NCBI GenBank assembly: GCA_050290265.1
Contig: JBNKHI010000010.1
Location: 16,276 to 80,275 of the forward strand
Direction: 5' to 3'
Length of the DNA stretch: 64,000 nucleotides
From: Cellvibrionaceae bacterium
Lineage (GTDB): Bacteria > Pseudomonadota > Gammaproteobacteria > Pseudomonadales > Cellvibrionaceae
Of this stretch, positions 17,505 through 27,659 are shown piece after piece; position 1 is the first letter of the stretch, and each line of letters begins with the position of its first letter. The notes under the pieces were generated by a model that searched no databases, had not been told where the DNA came from, and worked only from the letters and a program-made list of their open reading frames with translations. The translations under genes and the position numbers were made by a program.

Positions 17505-18485
17505 TTACAACTCCTGCAAATTTAATTTTTTCATGGCGCCAAATAGGCCCAAATCATCTTTTATAACAACTCTGGTGGGTACATCACTGAGAAAGCTGCT
17601 TAACCGACCTTTGGCTTCGAAGCGACGCCGGAATTCACTTTGTTCAAGAAACTCGATAAAACGCGGCACAATACCACCTGCAATATAAACGCCACCTTTA
17701 GCACCTAGCGTTAACGCTAAATTGCCCGCTGTAGAACCGAGTATGCGGCAAAACATTTGCAGTGATTTGACGGAGAGAGAATCAACACCCTGCAAAGCGG
17801 ATTCAGTAATCTCAGCGGGCGATTCCAATGCAGGTGTTTTACCCGCCAACTCAGCCAAGGCTTTGTAGATATTTAAGATGCCAGCGCCTGACACTAATCG
17901 TTCAACAGACACCCGACCAAAACGGGCGGTTAACACTCTTAAGACTGCCGCTTCGTGTTCGTCGACAGGCGCAAAATCCACATGACCACCTTCACCTTCA
18001 ATCACATGGTAGCCAGTGCCCACAGGAATCAGTGAGCAAACACCCAGGCCGGTACCCGCGCCCAAAATTGCAATCGGCTTTCCGATAACGGGGTGACCAA
18101 CGCCCACTTGATGCCAGTCTTGTGGCTTCAAGCCAGAGACAGCGTGACCCACTGCGGCAAAGTCATTAATAATATCGATCTGCGCGACCTGCAGCAGTTC
18201 TGCCACATCAGTGCGGTTAATGCTCCAGGGGCTATTGGTAAACTGAATAACATCTGCATCCGGCGGGCAAGCTACGGCCAAGCACGCAGCCCTCGGGGTT
18301 GGCTGCCAGCCATCTTCGGCAGCTACATCGCGCAAAAAATTGGCTAGCGCATCGATAAACTGAGTGTGATCCGATACCGAATAGATACGCACAAATTGCA
18401 GCGAACTGCTGGCGTAATCTTCGAGGCCGAAACGCGCATTTGTGCCACCAATATCCGCCACTAAATTCCAAAGCTTTAACGACAT
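17505..18485 (-). CDS. glk: Glucokinase
   Basis: 326 aa: LVADIGGTNARF, GAGTGLG, EGGH. Its stop abuts the eda start. Confidence 0.93.
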   Translation of the reverse strand: MSLKLWNLVADIGGTNARFGLEDYASSSLQFVRIYSVSDHTQFIDALANFLRDVAAEDGWQPTPRAACLAVACPPDADVIQFTNSPWSINRTDVAELLQVAQIDIINDFAAVGHAVSGLKPQDWHQVGVGHPVIGKPIAILGAGTGLGVCSLIPVGTGYHVIEGEGGHVDFAPVDEHEAAVLRVLTARFGRVSVERLVSGAGILNIYKALAELAGKTPALESPAEITESALQGVDSLSVKSLQMFCRILGSTAGNLALTLGAKGGVYIAGGIVPRFIEFLEQSEFRRRFEAKGRLSSFLSDVPTRVVIKDDLGLFGAMKKLNLQEL

Positions 18486-18487
18486 AA

Positions 18488-20317
18488 TTAATCCTCTAAC
18501 GCATCAAAGAGGACAGTGGCGCCCTGCTCCGCAGACGTAACAACGCGGCGGAAATTGGTGAACAGCTCACGGCCTACCCCTTTGTTACTCACTTCCGTAA
18601 TGGATGCAGGTTCGCGCGCGGCAAATTCTTTTTCGTCAACCTGACAGGACAACACACCACGATGTGCATCCAGTACGATCCAGTCGCCATCTTTTACTTT
18701 CGCTAACGGGCCACCGGCAGCACTCTCGGGTGACATATGGATGGCAGCCGGGACTTTGCCTGAGGCGCCAGACATACGACCGTCAGTGACTAACGCAACA
18801 TGGTGGCCACGATCCTGCAACACGCCCAACAGCGGTGTTAATTTATGCAGCTCGGGCATGCCATTCGCACGCGGCCCCTGAAAGCGAACAACGACAACAC
18901 AATCTTTGTTTAACTCGCCGGCATCAAACTTTTCTTGCAGACTGTGCTGACTTGAGAGCACAACCGCCGGGCCTTCCACAACCCAATGTTTTTCATCAAC
19001 TGCCGACACTTTTATCACACCGCGACCCAAGTTACCGTCCACTAAACGCAAACCGCCTTCTTTATCAAACGGCTCGGCAGTGGTAGCCAATACTGACGCA
19101 TCCAGACTTTCAGTAACAGCAGGTTTCCACTCGATTTTGTCACCGTTCAAGGTGGGCTCAACCGCGAAGTCCGCCATTGTTTTGCCCCACATGGTGCGCG
19201 CATCACTGTGCATCAGCCCGGCATTCATTAGCTGTGAAAACAAGTATGGTGTGCCACCAGCGGCATGGAAATGATTGATGTCGGCCTGACCGTTGGGGTA
19301 AACCCGCGCTAACAATGGCACGACACCTGACAACGCATTGAAGTCGTCCCAATTGATAATCAAGCCCGCCGCACGTGCAACCGTTATCAGGTGAATAGCA
19401 TGGTTAGTAGAGCCGCCAGAAGACAGTAAGCCCACCATGCCATTAACGATGGTGCGTTCATCGAAGACTTCTGCCAACGGACGAAAGTCGCCGCTCTGTG
19501 CAGTAATTCGCGTAATTTGTTGTGCAGCTTCACGGGTCAGTGCATCACGCAACGGCGTACCTGGATTCACAAATGACGCTCCCGGCAATTGCAGACCCAT
19601 GGCTTCCATTAACAATTGGTTGCTGTTGGCAGTACCGTAAAACGTACAGGTACCTTCGCTGTGATAAGACGCAGATTCCGCCGCCAGTAATTCTTCACGA
19701 CCCACCTTGCCTTCAGCGAACAACTGGCGAATACGATTTTTCTCTTTGTTCGACATGCCGGTGGGCATGGGTCCCGCAGGTACAAATAGCGTTGGCAAAT
19801 GGCCAAATCGCAAGGCACCTATTAACAGGCCCGGTACAATTTTGTCGCAAATACCTAGGCACAATACGCCATCAAACATTTGGTGAGACAGTGATATTGC
19901 CGCTGCCTGGGCGATAGCATCACGACTGAACAAGCTGAGTTCCATACCGGGGCGGCCTTGGGTAACACCGTCACACATAGCCGGCACACCACCCGCAACT
20001 TGCGCAGTACAACCCATTTCACGAACGGCACTTTTAATTTGCTCAGGATAAGTGGCATAAGGATGATGCGCCGACAACATATCGTTGTATGCATTCACAA
20101 TACCGATATTGGACGCATTCATTAATCTGATCTGGTTTTTATCCGAAGCATCACACGCCGCAAAACCATGGGCCAGGTTCCCGCAACTGAGTTGTGTACG
20201 CTCTGGCTGACCTTTTGCCGCATCTTGCATGTCCTGCAAATAATCGCTGCGCAGTTGACGACTGCGCTCCGCGATCGTGGCCGTTACTTTTTCTATTGTG
20301 GCATTTAGCTGGCTCAT
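18488..20317 (-). CDS. edd: Phosphogluconate dehydratase
   Basis: 609 aa IlvD/Edd family: [34 protein letters not shown]. Confidence 0.95.
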   Translation of the reverse strand: MSQLNATIEKVTATIAERSRQLRSDYLQDMQDAAKGQPERTQLSCGNLAHGFAACDASDKNQIRLMNASNIGIVNAYNDMLSAHHPYATYPEQIKSAVREMGCTAQVAGGVPAMCDGVTQGRPGMELSLFSRDAIAQAAAISLSHQMFDGVLCLGICDKIVPGLLIGALRFGHLPTLFVPAGPMPTGMSNKEKNRIRQLFAEGKVGREELLAAESASYHSEGTCTFYGTANSNQLLMEAMGLQLPGASFVNPGTPLRDALTREAAQQITRITAQSGDFRPLAEVFDERTIVNGMVGLLSSGGSTNHAIHLITVARAAGLIINWDDFNALSGVVPLLARVYPNGQADINHFHAAGGTPYLFSQLMNAGLMHSDARTMWGKTMADFAVEPTLNGDKIEWKPAVTESLDASVLATTAEPFDKEGGLRLVDGNLGRGVIKVSAVDEKHWVVEGPAVVLSSQHSLQEKFDAGELNKDCVVVVRFQGPRANGMPELHKLTPLLGVLQDRGHHVALVTDGRMSGASGKVPAAIHMSPESAAGGPLAKVKDGDWIVLDAHRGVLSCQVDEKEFAAREPASITEVSNKGVGRELFTNFRRVVTSAEQGATVLFDALED

Positions 20318-20477
20318 AAAACCTCGTCACCGGTATCGTAGATGTAAAAGTCTTTGCAACAAGTACTGACTCTACCCTGCTGCACATTCATAAAACTATT
20401 GGAGAAACCGTTGAAAATAATTACTTTTTCAGGGGCTTCTTAGCACACAACACACCCAACGGGCTGCATGCGCGTTC

Positions 20478-21362
20478 TTACTCGCTTAACGCACCTTCGT
20501 TACGCGGATAGCGTGTAGGCCGCAAGCTATCTTTAATTTTTTTCAAGTGCGACTGAAATCCAGGGCCGCGCTTTAAAGTCACCCCGGTTGCCAGTACATC
20601 AAGTACTGTGAGGTGTGCTATGCGCGAGGTCATGGGCATATATTCATCGGTGTTTTCAGGTACCGTGACTTCGATCACCAAATCACAGACTTTCGCCAAC
20701 GGCGAATTGGGTGCCGTTAAACCAATAACGGTCGCACCCGTCTCGCTCGCTATTTTTGCGGTATCAACAACTTCTCGAGTACGTCCAGTATAGGAAATAA
20801 CAAAGAAGACATCGCCCGTTGTGCCAGATGAGGACAACATCCGCTGCATCAACACATCTTCATGAAAGGATACAGGCAGATTAAACCGGAAAAACTTGTA
20901 CTCAGCGTCTTTAGCTACGGAGCTGGAAGCGCCCAGACCAAAAAAGTAGATTCGCCGCGCCTGTATCAATTGTGTGACGACATCGTTGATCAACTGGTCG
21001 CTTAAAGTGTCGCGCACCATCGCTAAGGTACTGATAGTGCTATCAAAAATCTTGCCGGAGTAAGCATTTACATCATCACCCGGTTTTACATTTTGATTCA
21101 CATAGCGCATGCCAGTCACCAACGACTGCACCAGTTTTAACTTAAAATCCGGAAACCCGGTGGCCTGAAACTTCTTACAAAAACGGTTGACGGTGGGTTC
21201 ACTCACACCCGCCATTTGCGCGAGGGTAGCAATACTGGAACGGGTAACCAGCTCTGGCTCGGCCAAAATTACCTCAGCAATTTTGCGTTCTGACTTACTC
21301 ATTTGCGGCATTGTATCTGCAATATACGCCAGCAAATTTTCTATAGTTATTGTTGATGTCAT
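20478..21362 (-). CDS. hexR: HexR (RpiR family) transcriptional regulator
   Basis: N-terminal HTH (SERKIAEVIL..., IATLAQMAGVSEPTVNRFCKK) plus a SIS domain (IYFFGLGASS). Start taken at MTSTI. Confidence 0.9.
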   Translation of the reverse strand: MTSTITIENLLAYIADTMPQMSKSERKIAEVILAEPELVTRSSIATLAQMAGVSEPTVNRFCKKFQATGFPDFKLKLVQSLVTGMRYVNQNVKPGDDVNAYSGKIFDSTISTLAMVRDTLSDQLINDVVTQLIQARRIYFFGLGASSSVAKDAEYKFFRFNLPVSFHEDVLMQRMLSSSGTTGDVFFVISYTGRTREVVDTAKIASETGATVIGLTAPNSPLAKVCDLVIEVTVPENTDEYMPMTSRIAHLTVLDVLATGVTLKRGPGFQSHLKKIKDSLRPTRYPRNEGALSE

Positions 21363-21441
21363 AAAAGGGTGCCCACATGGCATTCAATATGTTCTGGCGT
21401 ACACCTTGATACTCATACAGCGTACTGTCCAGCACCTAAAA

Positions 21442-21456
21442 TGTAATTAAACTACA
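21442..21456. promoter_or_regulatory. HexR-type operator palindrome
   Basis: TGTAATTAAACTACA in the hexR/gap divergent intergenic region. One mismatch from the TGTAATTAAATTACA-type palindrome recalled for gammaproteobacterial HexR. Confidence 0.7.
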
Positions 21457-21593
21457 TTTTTACTCTAAAAATCCAACAAAACTTTGTTTTTGAGATTATT
21501 TTATGTAATTTTAGCAAAAAAATTGGATTTTGATACAAAAAAAGGTCTAGAATGTAAAAAAACACACAGACAACGTACATAACAGTGGTGCAT

Positions 21594-22598
21594 ATGATCA
21601 ATATCGCGATTAACGGCTACGGACGAATTGGACGAAACATTTTACGGGCTTACTACGAGCGCCCCGAGCTACGACAGAAGCTACGCATCGTGGCAATTAA
21701 TGACTTAGGTAACGTTGATATCAACATGCACCTGACCCAGTACGACACTGTACACGGGCGTTTCGGTCTGCCAGTAACCAAAGATGACCAGCATATCATT
21801 ATTGATGGCGACAAAATTCGCGTCCTGTCCGAGCGCAACCCGGCAGCTCTGCCCTGGAAAGATCTTGAAGTAGACGTTGTCTGCGAATGTACCGGACTGT
21901 TCACTGATTACGACAAGGCTAAAGCCCATCTGGAAGCCGGCGCAAAGAAAGTACTGGTGTCTGCACCAGGTAAAAATATGGATGCCACCGTGGTGTACGG
22001 TATCAATGAAAGCACACTGAAACCCGAACACCGCATCGTTTCCAACGCCTCGTGCACCACTAACTGTCTAGCCCCAGTGGTTAGCCCGCTGCACAATGCT
22101 ATTGGCATTGAATCTGGCTTTATGACCACAGTGCATGCGTATACCAACGACCAGAACCTGAGCGATGTCTACCACTCAGACATCTACCGTGCACGCTCGG
22201 CAACCATGTCGATGATCCCAACGAAAACTGGCGCTGCAGCGGCTATCGGTTTGGTGATCCCGGAATTAAACGGCAAGCTGGACGGTTGTGCGGTTCGCGT
22301 TCCCACTATTAACGTTTCGCTGGTGGACTTCACCTTCGTTGCCAGCCGCAATACGACTGCCGAAGAAGTTAACAGCATTATGCAAGAAGCCAGCAAAGGC
22401 GCGCTCAGCCAGGTGCTGGACTATGTAGAAGCGCCACTGGTATCGGTTGACTTTAATCACACTCCTTTCTCAAGCAACTTTGATTCAAGCCACACCCGTG
22501 TACAAGGCAACCTGGTTAAGGTGATGTCCTGGTACGACAACGAATGGGGCTTTTCAAATCGTATGCTCGATAACAGCATTGCGTTGATCAACGCTTAA
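21594..22598 (+). CDS. gap: Glyceraldehyde-3-phosphate dehydrogenase
   Basis: [33 protein letters not shown]. Confidence 0.93.
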   Translation: MINIAINGYGRIGRNILRAYYERPELRQKLRIVAINDLGNVDINMHLTQYDTVHGRFGLPVTKDDQHIIIDGDKIRVLSERNPAALPWKDLEVDVVCECTGLFTDYDKAKAHLEAGAKKVLVSAPGKNMDATVVYGINESTLKPEHRIVSNASCTTNCLAPVVSPLHNAIGIESGFMTTVHAYTNDQNLSDVYHSDIYRARSATMSMIPTKTGAAAAIGLVIPELNGKLDGCAVRVPTINVSLVDFTFVASRNTTAEEVNSIMQEASKGALSQVLDYVEAPLVSVDFNHTPFSSNFDSSHTRVQGNLVKVMSWYDNEWGFSNRMLDNSIALINA

Positions 22599-22626
22599 CT
22601 TTTTTGACTGGTGAGTCACGTCCTGT

Positions 22627-22649
22627 AGCCCCGCAAGGGGCTTTTTTTT
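22627..22649 (+). terminator. Rho-independent terminator of gap
   Basis: agcccc-gcaa-ggggct followed by eight T. Confidence 0.85.
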
Positions 22650-22710
22650 GCCTCTAATTTAACGCTATGCTGACAGCCCTCCATTAGCCAACCTGATTAA
22701 CCACTTTGAA

Positions 22711-23622
22711 ATGTCTATGAATGCAAAACGTGTAACCTTACCGACTGAAGCAATCACACTATCGCAATTTGCAGCAGGCTTTTGGCGCTTGCGAAACTGG
22801 CAAAAAACACCGGAGCAATTGCTCAGCTTTATTCATAGCTGTATGGATATGGGCGTCACCACGATGGACCATGCCATGGTGTATAAGAGCGAAGCGCTGT
22901 TTGGCGAAGCATTGGCACTGCAACCAGCGCTACGGCAAGACATTGAAATTGTAACCAAGTGCGGTATACGCCCTGCAGGTTTTGGTGAGCTGGGTGCGCG
23001 ACACACAAATCACTACGACAGTAGCGCTGATCACATCATTCAAAGTACTGAACAATCATTGCGACAGTTAAAGACCGACTATATCGACCTTTTACTGATT
23101 CACCGCCCCGATTATCTGATGGACATCAATGAAACAGCGAACGCTCTCAACACGTTGACTGCGCAAGGAAAAGTGCTGGCAATTGGAGTTTCAAATTTCA
23201 CAACATCGCAATTTTCAGCATTACAATCTGCGTGCAATACGCCATTGGTGACTAACCAAATTGAATTTTCACCCTACAATATGCAGGCATTAGACAACGG
23301 AGTTTTCGACCAATGCCAGATGCTCGGCATTAAACCCATGTTATGGTCATGCCTTGCCGGTGGTTTGCTGGCTAATCCGCGAGACGAAAAATCCCAGCGT
23401 ATTATGAAGGCCGTTAAAGACATCCAACGTGATATCGGTGCCGAAACACCAGAACAGGTAATCTATGCTTGGGCGCAGGCACTTCCCTGTCAACCCATCA
23501 TATTACTGGGCACAAGCAAGCCCGACCGAATACGTCAGGCGCTGGCAAGCCAGCACTACCGTTTAGACAGAGAACAGTGGTACAAAATCTGGGAAGCAAG
23601 CACTGGCGCAAGCGTACCCTAA
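22711..23622 (+). CDS. Aldo/keto reductase (YdhF-like)
   Basis: 303 aa: GVTTMDHAMVYKSE..., DLLLIHRPD, GVSNF. Confidence 0.85.
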   Translation: MSMNAKRVTLPTEAITLSQFAAGFWRLRNWQKTPEQLLSFIHSCMDMGVTTMDHAMVYKSEALFGEALALQPALRQDIEIVTKCGIRPAGFGELGARHTNHYDSSADHIIQSTEQSLRQLKTDYIDLLLIHRPDYLMDINETANALNTLTAQGKVLAIGVSNFTTSQFSALQSACNTPLVTNQIEFSPYNMQALDNGVFDQCQMLGIKPMLWSCLAGGLLANPRDEKSQRIMKAVKDIQRDIGAETPEQVIYAWAQALPCQPIILLGTSKPDRIRQALASQHYRLDREQWYKIWEASTGASVP

Positions 23623-23662
23623 CAGGCACGCACTTAGTTAGCACAGTAGCACTGGTCAACCA

Positions 23663-24685
23663 TTAGAAATCCAGCGACCTACCCAGGGCACTGCTCTCTT
23701 CTGCCAACACCAATACTTTCATGACTGCGACCATTTCGCTCAAAGGCACGGGCACTTTGCCCCCGTGCAAAACGGCATCCGCAATCGCCGCGTAATAAAG
23801 CTGATAACAACCAGTCTCTTGCACCACCCTTGCAACAGAAGCATCGTTATATAACTGTCCGTGTGCATCGGTAGAAAACTGGCCATAACCCGCCGACAGC
23901 GGATTTAAACCACTTTTGAGCTGATCTTCTTGGGGATCAAGCCCTGTCTGAATATACGTACCTTTGTAGCCTTCCAACCTAAATCGAGCATTGGGCGCAG
24001 CACTTAAGCAGCTGCCATGTAAAACCACTTCCAGATTTTTATAATGTAACTGTACGTGGAAATAATCCGTCACCTCAGCATTTTCACGAACCACCAAACA
24101 ACGCCCGGTAACTGCATTGGGGGTACCGAAAAGCTGCAAGGCCTGATCGGTTAAATGGGAACCTAAATCAAACCAGAGTCCGGCACCCGCGCCAGGCTGC
24201 TCACGCCAGCGCTGTCTTAAAAAGGGACGAAAGCGATCAAAATGCGATTCGTATAAGCGCAAATCTCCCACTGCGTTTTCTGCCAATAATTTTTTCACTG
24301 TGAGGAAGTCGCCATCCCAACGGCGATTATGAAACCCAGAGACAAATGCTTGACTGGATGCCTCTGCCTTTAGCAAACGATCCATTTCTTCAGCATTGGT
24401 CACTATCGGTTTTTCAATAACAACGTTGATATTTGCCTGCAAACATTGGCAGGCCAGATCACAATGCAGCGCATTGGGAGCCGTAATAACCACCAGGTCT
24501 AATTCACACTGCGCTAACAGTTGATCAACATCGCTATAAACTATCGCCGCCGGAAGTTTAGCGCTAACCGCTTCGGGTTTTGAACTCACCACCGCCACAA
24601 TGTCAAACTGCTCACTGGCTACCAATAACGGCACATGAAACGTTTGTGCCGCGTAACCAAATCCAACAATGCCAACTTTTATCAT
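23663..24685 (-). CDS. Gfo/Idh/MocA family oxidoreductase
   Basis: 340 aa: MIKVGIVGFGYAAQTFH Rossmann N-terminus and the EKP motif (VVIEKPI). Confidence 0.85.
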   Translation of the reverse strand: MIKVGIVGFGYAAQTFHVPLLVASEQFDIVAVVSSKPEAVSAKLPAAIVYSDVDQLLAQCELDLVVITAPNALHCDLACQCLQANINVVIEKPIVTNAEEMDRLLKAEASSQAFVSGFHNRRWDGDFLTVKKLLAENAVGDLRLYESHFDRFRPFLRQRWREQPGAGAGLWFDLGSHLTDQALQLFGTPNAVTGRCLVVRENAEVTDYFHVQLHYKNLEVVLHGSCLSAAPNARFRLEGYKGTYIQTGLDPQEDQLKSGLNPLSAGYGQFSTDAHGQLYNDASVARVVQETGCYQLYYAAIADAVLHGGKVPVPLSEMVAVMKVLVLAEESSALGRSLDF

Positions 24686-24824
24686 GAGTCACACCCAATA
24701 AATGAATATTCAAACACCTTAACAAAAGCCATAACTATGTTCGAGCTTCAGCATGACGGTAAGCACTCTTTATTTGGCCAGTCATAACAGCAAAAGAGCG
24801 TTTATAAAAGTCGGGCTAGGACAC

Positions 24825-24875
24825 AACGTTATGACTACAAGAACGTTATAACTACAAGAACGTTATACAAACAGG
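24825..24875. repeat. 17-bp tandem repeat, about 3 copies
   Basis: aacgttatgactacaag / aacgttataactacaag / aacgttatacaaacagg. Confidence 0.85.
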
Positions 24876-25093
24876 TTTATGACCACAAATAGCCAAGGCG
24901 AAAACCCAATGCTTACTTCAGGGCAGACAATCTCCGGCACGGGCACGGGCTGAGTTACAAGCTATCATCGCAACACTAGATTGGAGGCAACATAACCCAT
25001 GCGTATAGAGCTGGAAAATGACGTTTTTGTGAATACAGCAGTCTGGCATTGACGTCCTTTTTGCGAACGCCCACGGAGCGCTATTCTACCTCT

Positions 25094-25203
25094 GTGATTA
25101 CTACTGCTGTGATTACTACAGCTATGATTGCTACTCCTGTTACTACCAGACTTGTTATTGCTACTTTCGTTTTAATGCTACTTTCGTTATGGCTAGTACT
25201 TTC
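25094..25203. repeat. Degenerate 15-18-bp tandem repeat tract (about 7 units)
   Basis: gtgattactactgct / gtgattactacagct / atgattgctactcct / gttactaccagactt / gttattgctactttc ... Confidence 0.8.
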
Positions 25204-25337
25204 ACTGCTGTCATACTTGGCTCTTTTTTCAACCGGTGTGATCCCACGTCTCATACTCGAGCGTATCAGCTAGACGCTTCTACGCGCATAGCATTTACGC
25301 TACTATCATTTTTCAATTTCAAACTTTGTGGTAAGCA

Positions 25338-26618
25338 ATGATATTTTCTAATTTAAGACGCCATTTCTCACTCGGCCTGCTTAGCGCGACCCTGATAAGC
25401 GTATGTCCCACACTGTCAGCCGAAGAAATAGCCCCCAAAATCCAGGAGCCAGCCACAGACACGTCACAGGCGCCTGCCGTTGACGAGTCATTTGAGCAAT
25501 GCCGTGCCACACTGCGGCAAAATGCTGCTGAAGAAGGCTTTTCCGACTATATTCTCAACGACGTAATCGGTGACTTAAAACCACTTGAGCGAGTGATACA
25601 GCTCGACCGCCGCCAGCCTGAGTTCACCGAAAGCTTTGCCGGATACGTGCAAAAACGTGTCAGCCAATATCGCATAGAAACCGGCAAACGCATGCTCAAA
25701 GAACACGCCACATTATTGAATAACCTGACACATGAATACGGCGTTCCCGCACGTTATATCGTCGCGTTTTGGGGATTAGAAACCAATTTTGGCAGCCACA
25801 AGGGCAAAATCGAAATCCTCAATTCAATAGCGACCCTGGCCTGTGATGCTCGCCGCAGTACCTATTTCACGCGAGAGTTATTTAACGTATTTTCACTATT
25901 GGACGATCAACGGGTTCAGCGTAATCAGTTACTGGGATCCTGGGCCGGTGCCATGGGCCACATGCAATTTATGCCCACGGCATTAAAAGCCTACGGTAAA
26001 GACGGCGATGGCGACGGCAAACTCAATGTATGGGATAGCCTGCCAGATGCTCTCACCTCGGCAGCGAACTACCTACAACAAATTGGCTGGAACAAAGAAG
26101 AGATATGGGGCCGCAGCGTACAATTACCCAAGAACTTTGCCTTTGGCAAAGTGGAATTTGATACCGCGTATCCACTAAGCTACTTTAAGCAACTAGGCAT
26201 CACAAAAACCTATCATCGTCCGCTGCCAGACTACGATATCAAAGCCAAACTGGTGTTGCCGTCGGGGCATTCAGGACCAGCATTTTTGGTCTACGATAAT
26301 TTTTCTGTGATTATGAAATGGAATTTTTCACAAAATTACGCACTGGCGGTAGGATTACTTGCCGACCAATTTATCAATATTAATAACGGGCTGGATGCTT
26401 ATAGCGGCGAGCCCTACTTCTTTACCAATGAAGATCTAAAAACGCTGCAGGAAAAGCTGTTAGATGAAGGCTTTGACATCGGCACGCCCGACGGTATTTG
26501 GGGCCCCATGACACGCAAGGCGATACAACAATACCAGCTAAAAAATAACCTGGTTGCAGATGGCTTCCCCAATCGGAAAGTGTTTGAAAAACTCGACATC
26601 GTATTGAGTAAAGCTTAA
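25338..26618 (+). CDS. Lytic murein transglycosylase (MltB/Slt35-like) with C-terminal peptidoglycan-binding domain
   Basis: Signal peptide. VAFWGLETNFG (catalytic Glu region) and GAMGHMQFMP. C-terminal PDGIWGPMTRKAIQQYQ (PG_binding_1-like). Confidence 0.9.
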   Translation: MIFSNLRRHFSLGLLSATLISVCPTLSAEEIAPKIQEPATDTSQAPAVDESFEQCRATLRQNAAEEGFSDYILNDVIGDLKPLERVIQLDRRQPEFTESFAGYVQKRVSQYRIETGKRMLKEHATLLNNLTHEYGVPARYIVAFWGLETNFGSHKGKIEILNSIATLACDARRSTYFTRELFNVFSLLDDQRVQRNQLLGSWAGAMGHMQFMPTALKAYGKDGDGDGKLNVWDSLPDALTSAANYLQQIGWNKEEIWGRSVQLPKNFAFGKVEFDTAYPLSYFKQLGITKTYHRPLPDYDIKAKLVLPSGHSGPAFLVYDNFSVIMKWNFSQNYALAVGLLADQFININNGLDAYSGEPYFFTNEDLKTLQEKLLDEGFDIGTPDGIWGPMTRKAIQQYQLKNNLVADGFPNRKVFEKLDIVLSKA

Positions 26619-26644
26619 GTTTTCTGCCCAAAACGAAACCCATG

Positions 26645-26674
26645 AAAAAGCCGGTTACAAGCCAGTTAACCGGC
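26645..26674 (-). terminator. Rho-independent terminator of the methyltransferase gene
   Basis: Stem gccggtta (26650-26657) / taaccggc (26667-26674). The A-run at 26645-26649 reads as a U-tract on the minus strand. Confidence 0.7.
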
Positions 26675-26707
26675 ATACACCAACCAGCCTGTGTTTACCG
26701 CAAGCGC

Positions 26708-27400
26708 TCATGCCTGCACTGACTGAAAAGACTTCACCACCAGCATGTGGGTAGCGCCCTTTTGAAATCGGTATCGACTGTTTGTAAGCTCTGCATGAAA
26801 ACCTTTTTCCGATAGGAACCTGACGACCTCATCTAGGTAGGGCGAGAGCTCACCTTTTAACGTAACAAGCGGGTAGACCCTTACTTCTTTAGCAACACGC
26901 ATGAGTTCGAGCAATGAATCCAGATGCTGCTGTAGAGTGAGCTGCTGGCTATACAAAAACAGGTAGTGCGAGCATAGAGCCAAATCAAATTGGCCATCGG
27001 TAAACGGCAGCGCGGGCAAGGAAGCTTCTAAGTATCGCTTGTCGATCTTTCCTTGTTCGTAGTCAGCAAGAAATTTATTCATTGCAGACATTCTGATAGC
27101 CCCAAGCTCTTCAACAGACGATATTGATTCCCAAATATACTTATCTTGTGTGCCTTCCATCTGCGGCATAACTTCATCATAGACTTCAGCGATCCTCGCC
27201 CTTAGCTGTTCGGCGTTAAAGGAATAAGCAGGATCAATAGAAATCACTGAGCCGCCTTTTGCAGTCAACTCAGCATTAAACGATGCTGGGCCATCACCAC
27301 AACCAAGGATCGACTTGCCTAAATCAGCCTCAGAGAGGCAAAACATCTTGATATATTCTAAAAAGGACCGTCCCCACGGTACGACATTCTTCAATTCCAT
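26708..27400 (-). CDS. Class I SAM-dependent methyltransferase
   Basis: 230 aa. Motif I ILGCGDGPASF; DLALCSHYLF post-motif. Confidence 0.8.
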   Translation of the reverse strand: MELKNVVPWGRSFLEYIKMFCLSEADLGKSILGCGDGPASFNAELTAKGGSVISIDPAYSFNAEQLRARIAEVYDEVMPQMEGTQDKYIWESISSVEELGAIRMSAMNKFLADYEQGKIDKRYLEASLPALPFTDGQFDLALCSHYLFLYSQQLTLQQHLDSLLELMRVAKEVRVYPLVTLKGELSPYLDEVVRFLSEKGFHAELTNSRYRFQKGATHMLVVKSFQSVQA

Positions 27401-27659
27401 TCGGGTTTCCTTAAGTGCTCAAAACGTCGAAAAATACAGGCTGTAGCCTACCAGAATCCAACCTTGCTTGACGCATTTTGCGTGTTTCAACCATTTACCA
27501 CTCCATCCGCAGATGCCTAACCGCAGGTTTTTTTCGGCCTACGGTTTCATAACTGGAACAGGCGATTGCATTTTTGGACCCTCTTTAATGAGCCAATTGC
27601 AGGCATACTCGGACGCTGGATTACCTACTACTATAAAAATAACCAAACGAGGAAACCCC

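Noticed and set aside
13279-20387. Numerous 60-170-aa ORFs overlapping pyk, pgl, zwf, eda, glk and edd on either strand
   Set aside because: All lie entirely within strongly supported Entner-Doudoroff genes, and none has a recognisable family or RBS.
21523-21553. Sigma70 promoter for gap (TTGATA or TTGGAT with TAGAAT)
   Set aside because: The spacers are 12 and 19 nt by my count, neither of which is canonical. I therefore do not call a promoter.
24825-25203. Possible CRISPR array
   Set aside because: The repeats are directly tandem (17-bp and 15-18-bp units) with no unique spacers, and there are no cas genes in the window.
25049-25273. 74-aa plus-strand ORF as a confident gene
   Set aside because: It is built almost entirely from the degenerate tandem repeat, and the opposite strand is equally open. 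It is reported as a finding rather than a CDS.
27468-27659. N-terminal 64-codon extension of the MFS transporter (TTG start)
   Set aside because: The extension is not hydrophobic and has no RBS. The internal ATG at 27660 has a GAGGAA Shine-Dalgarno.
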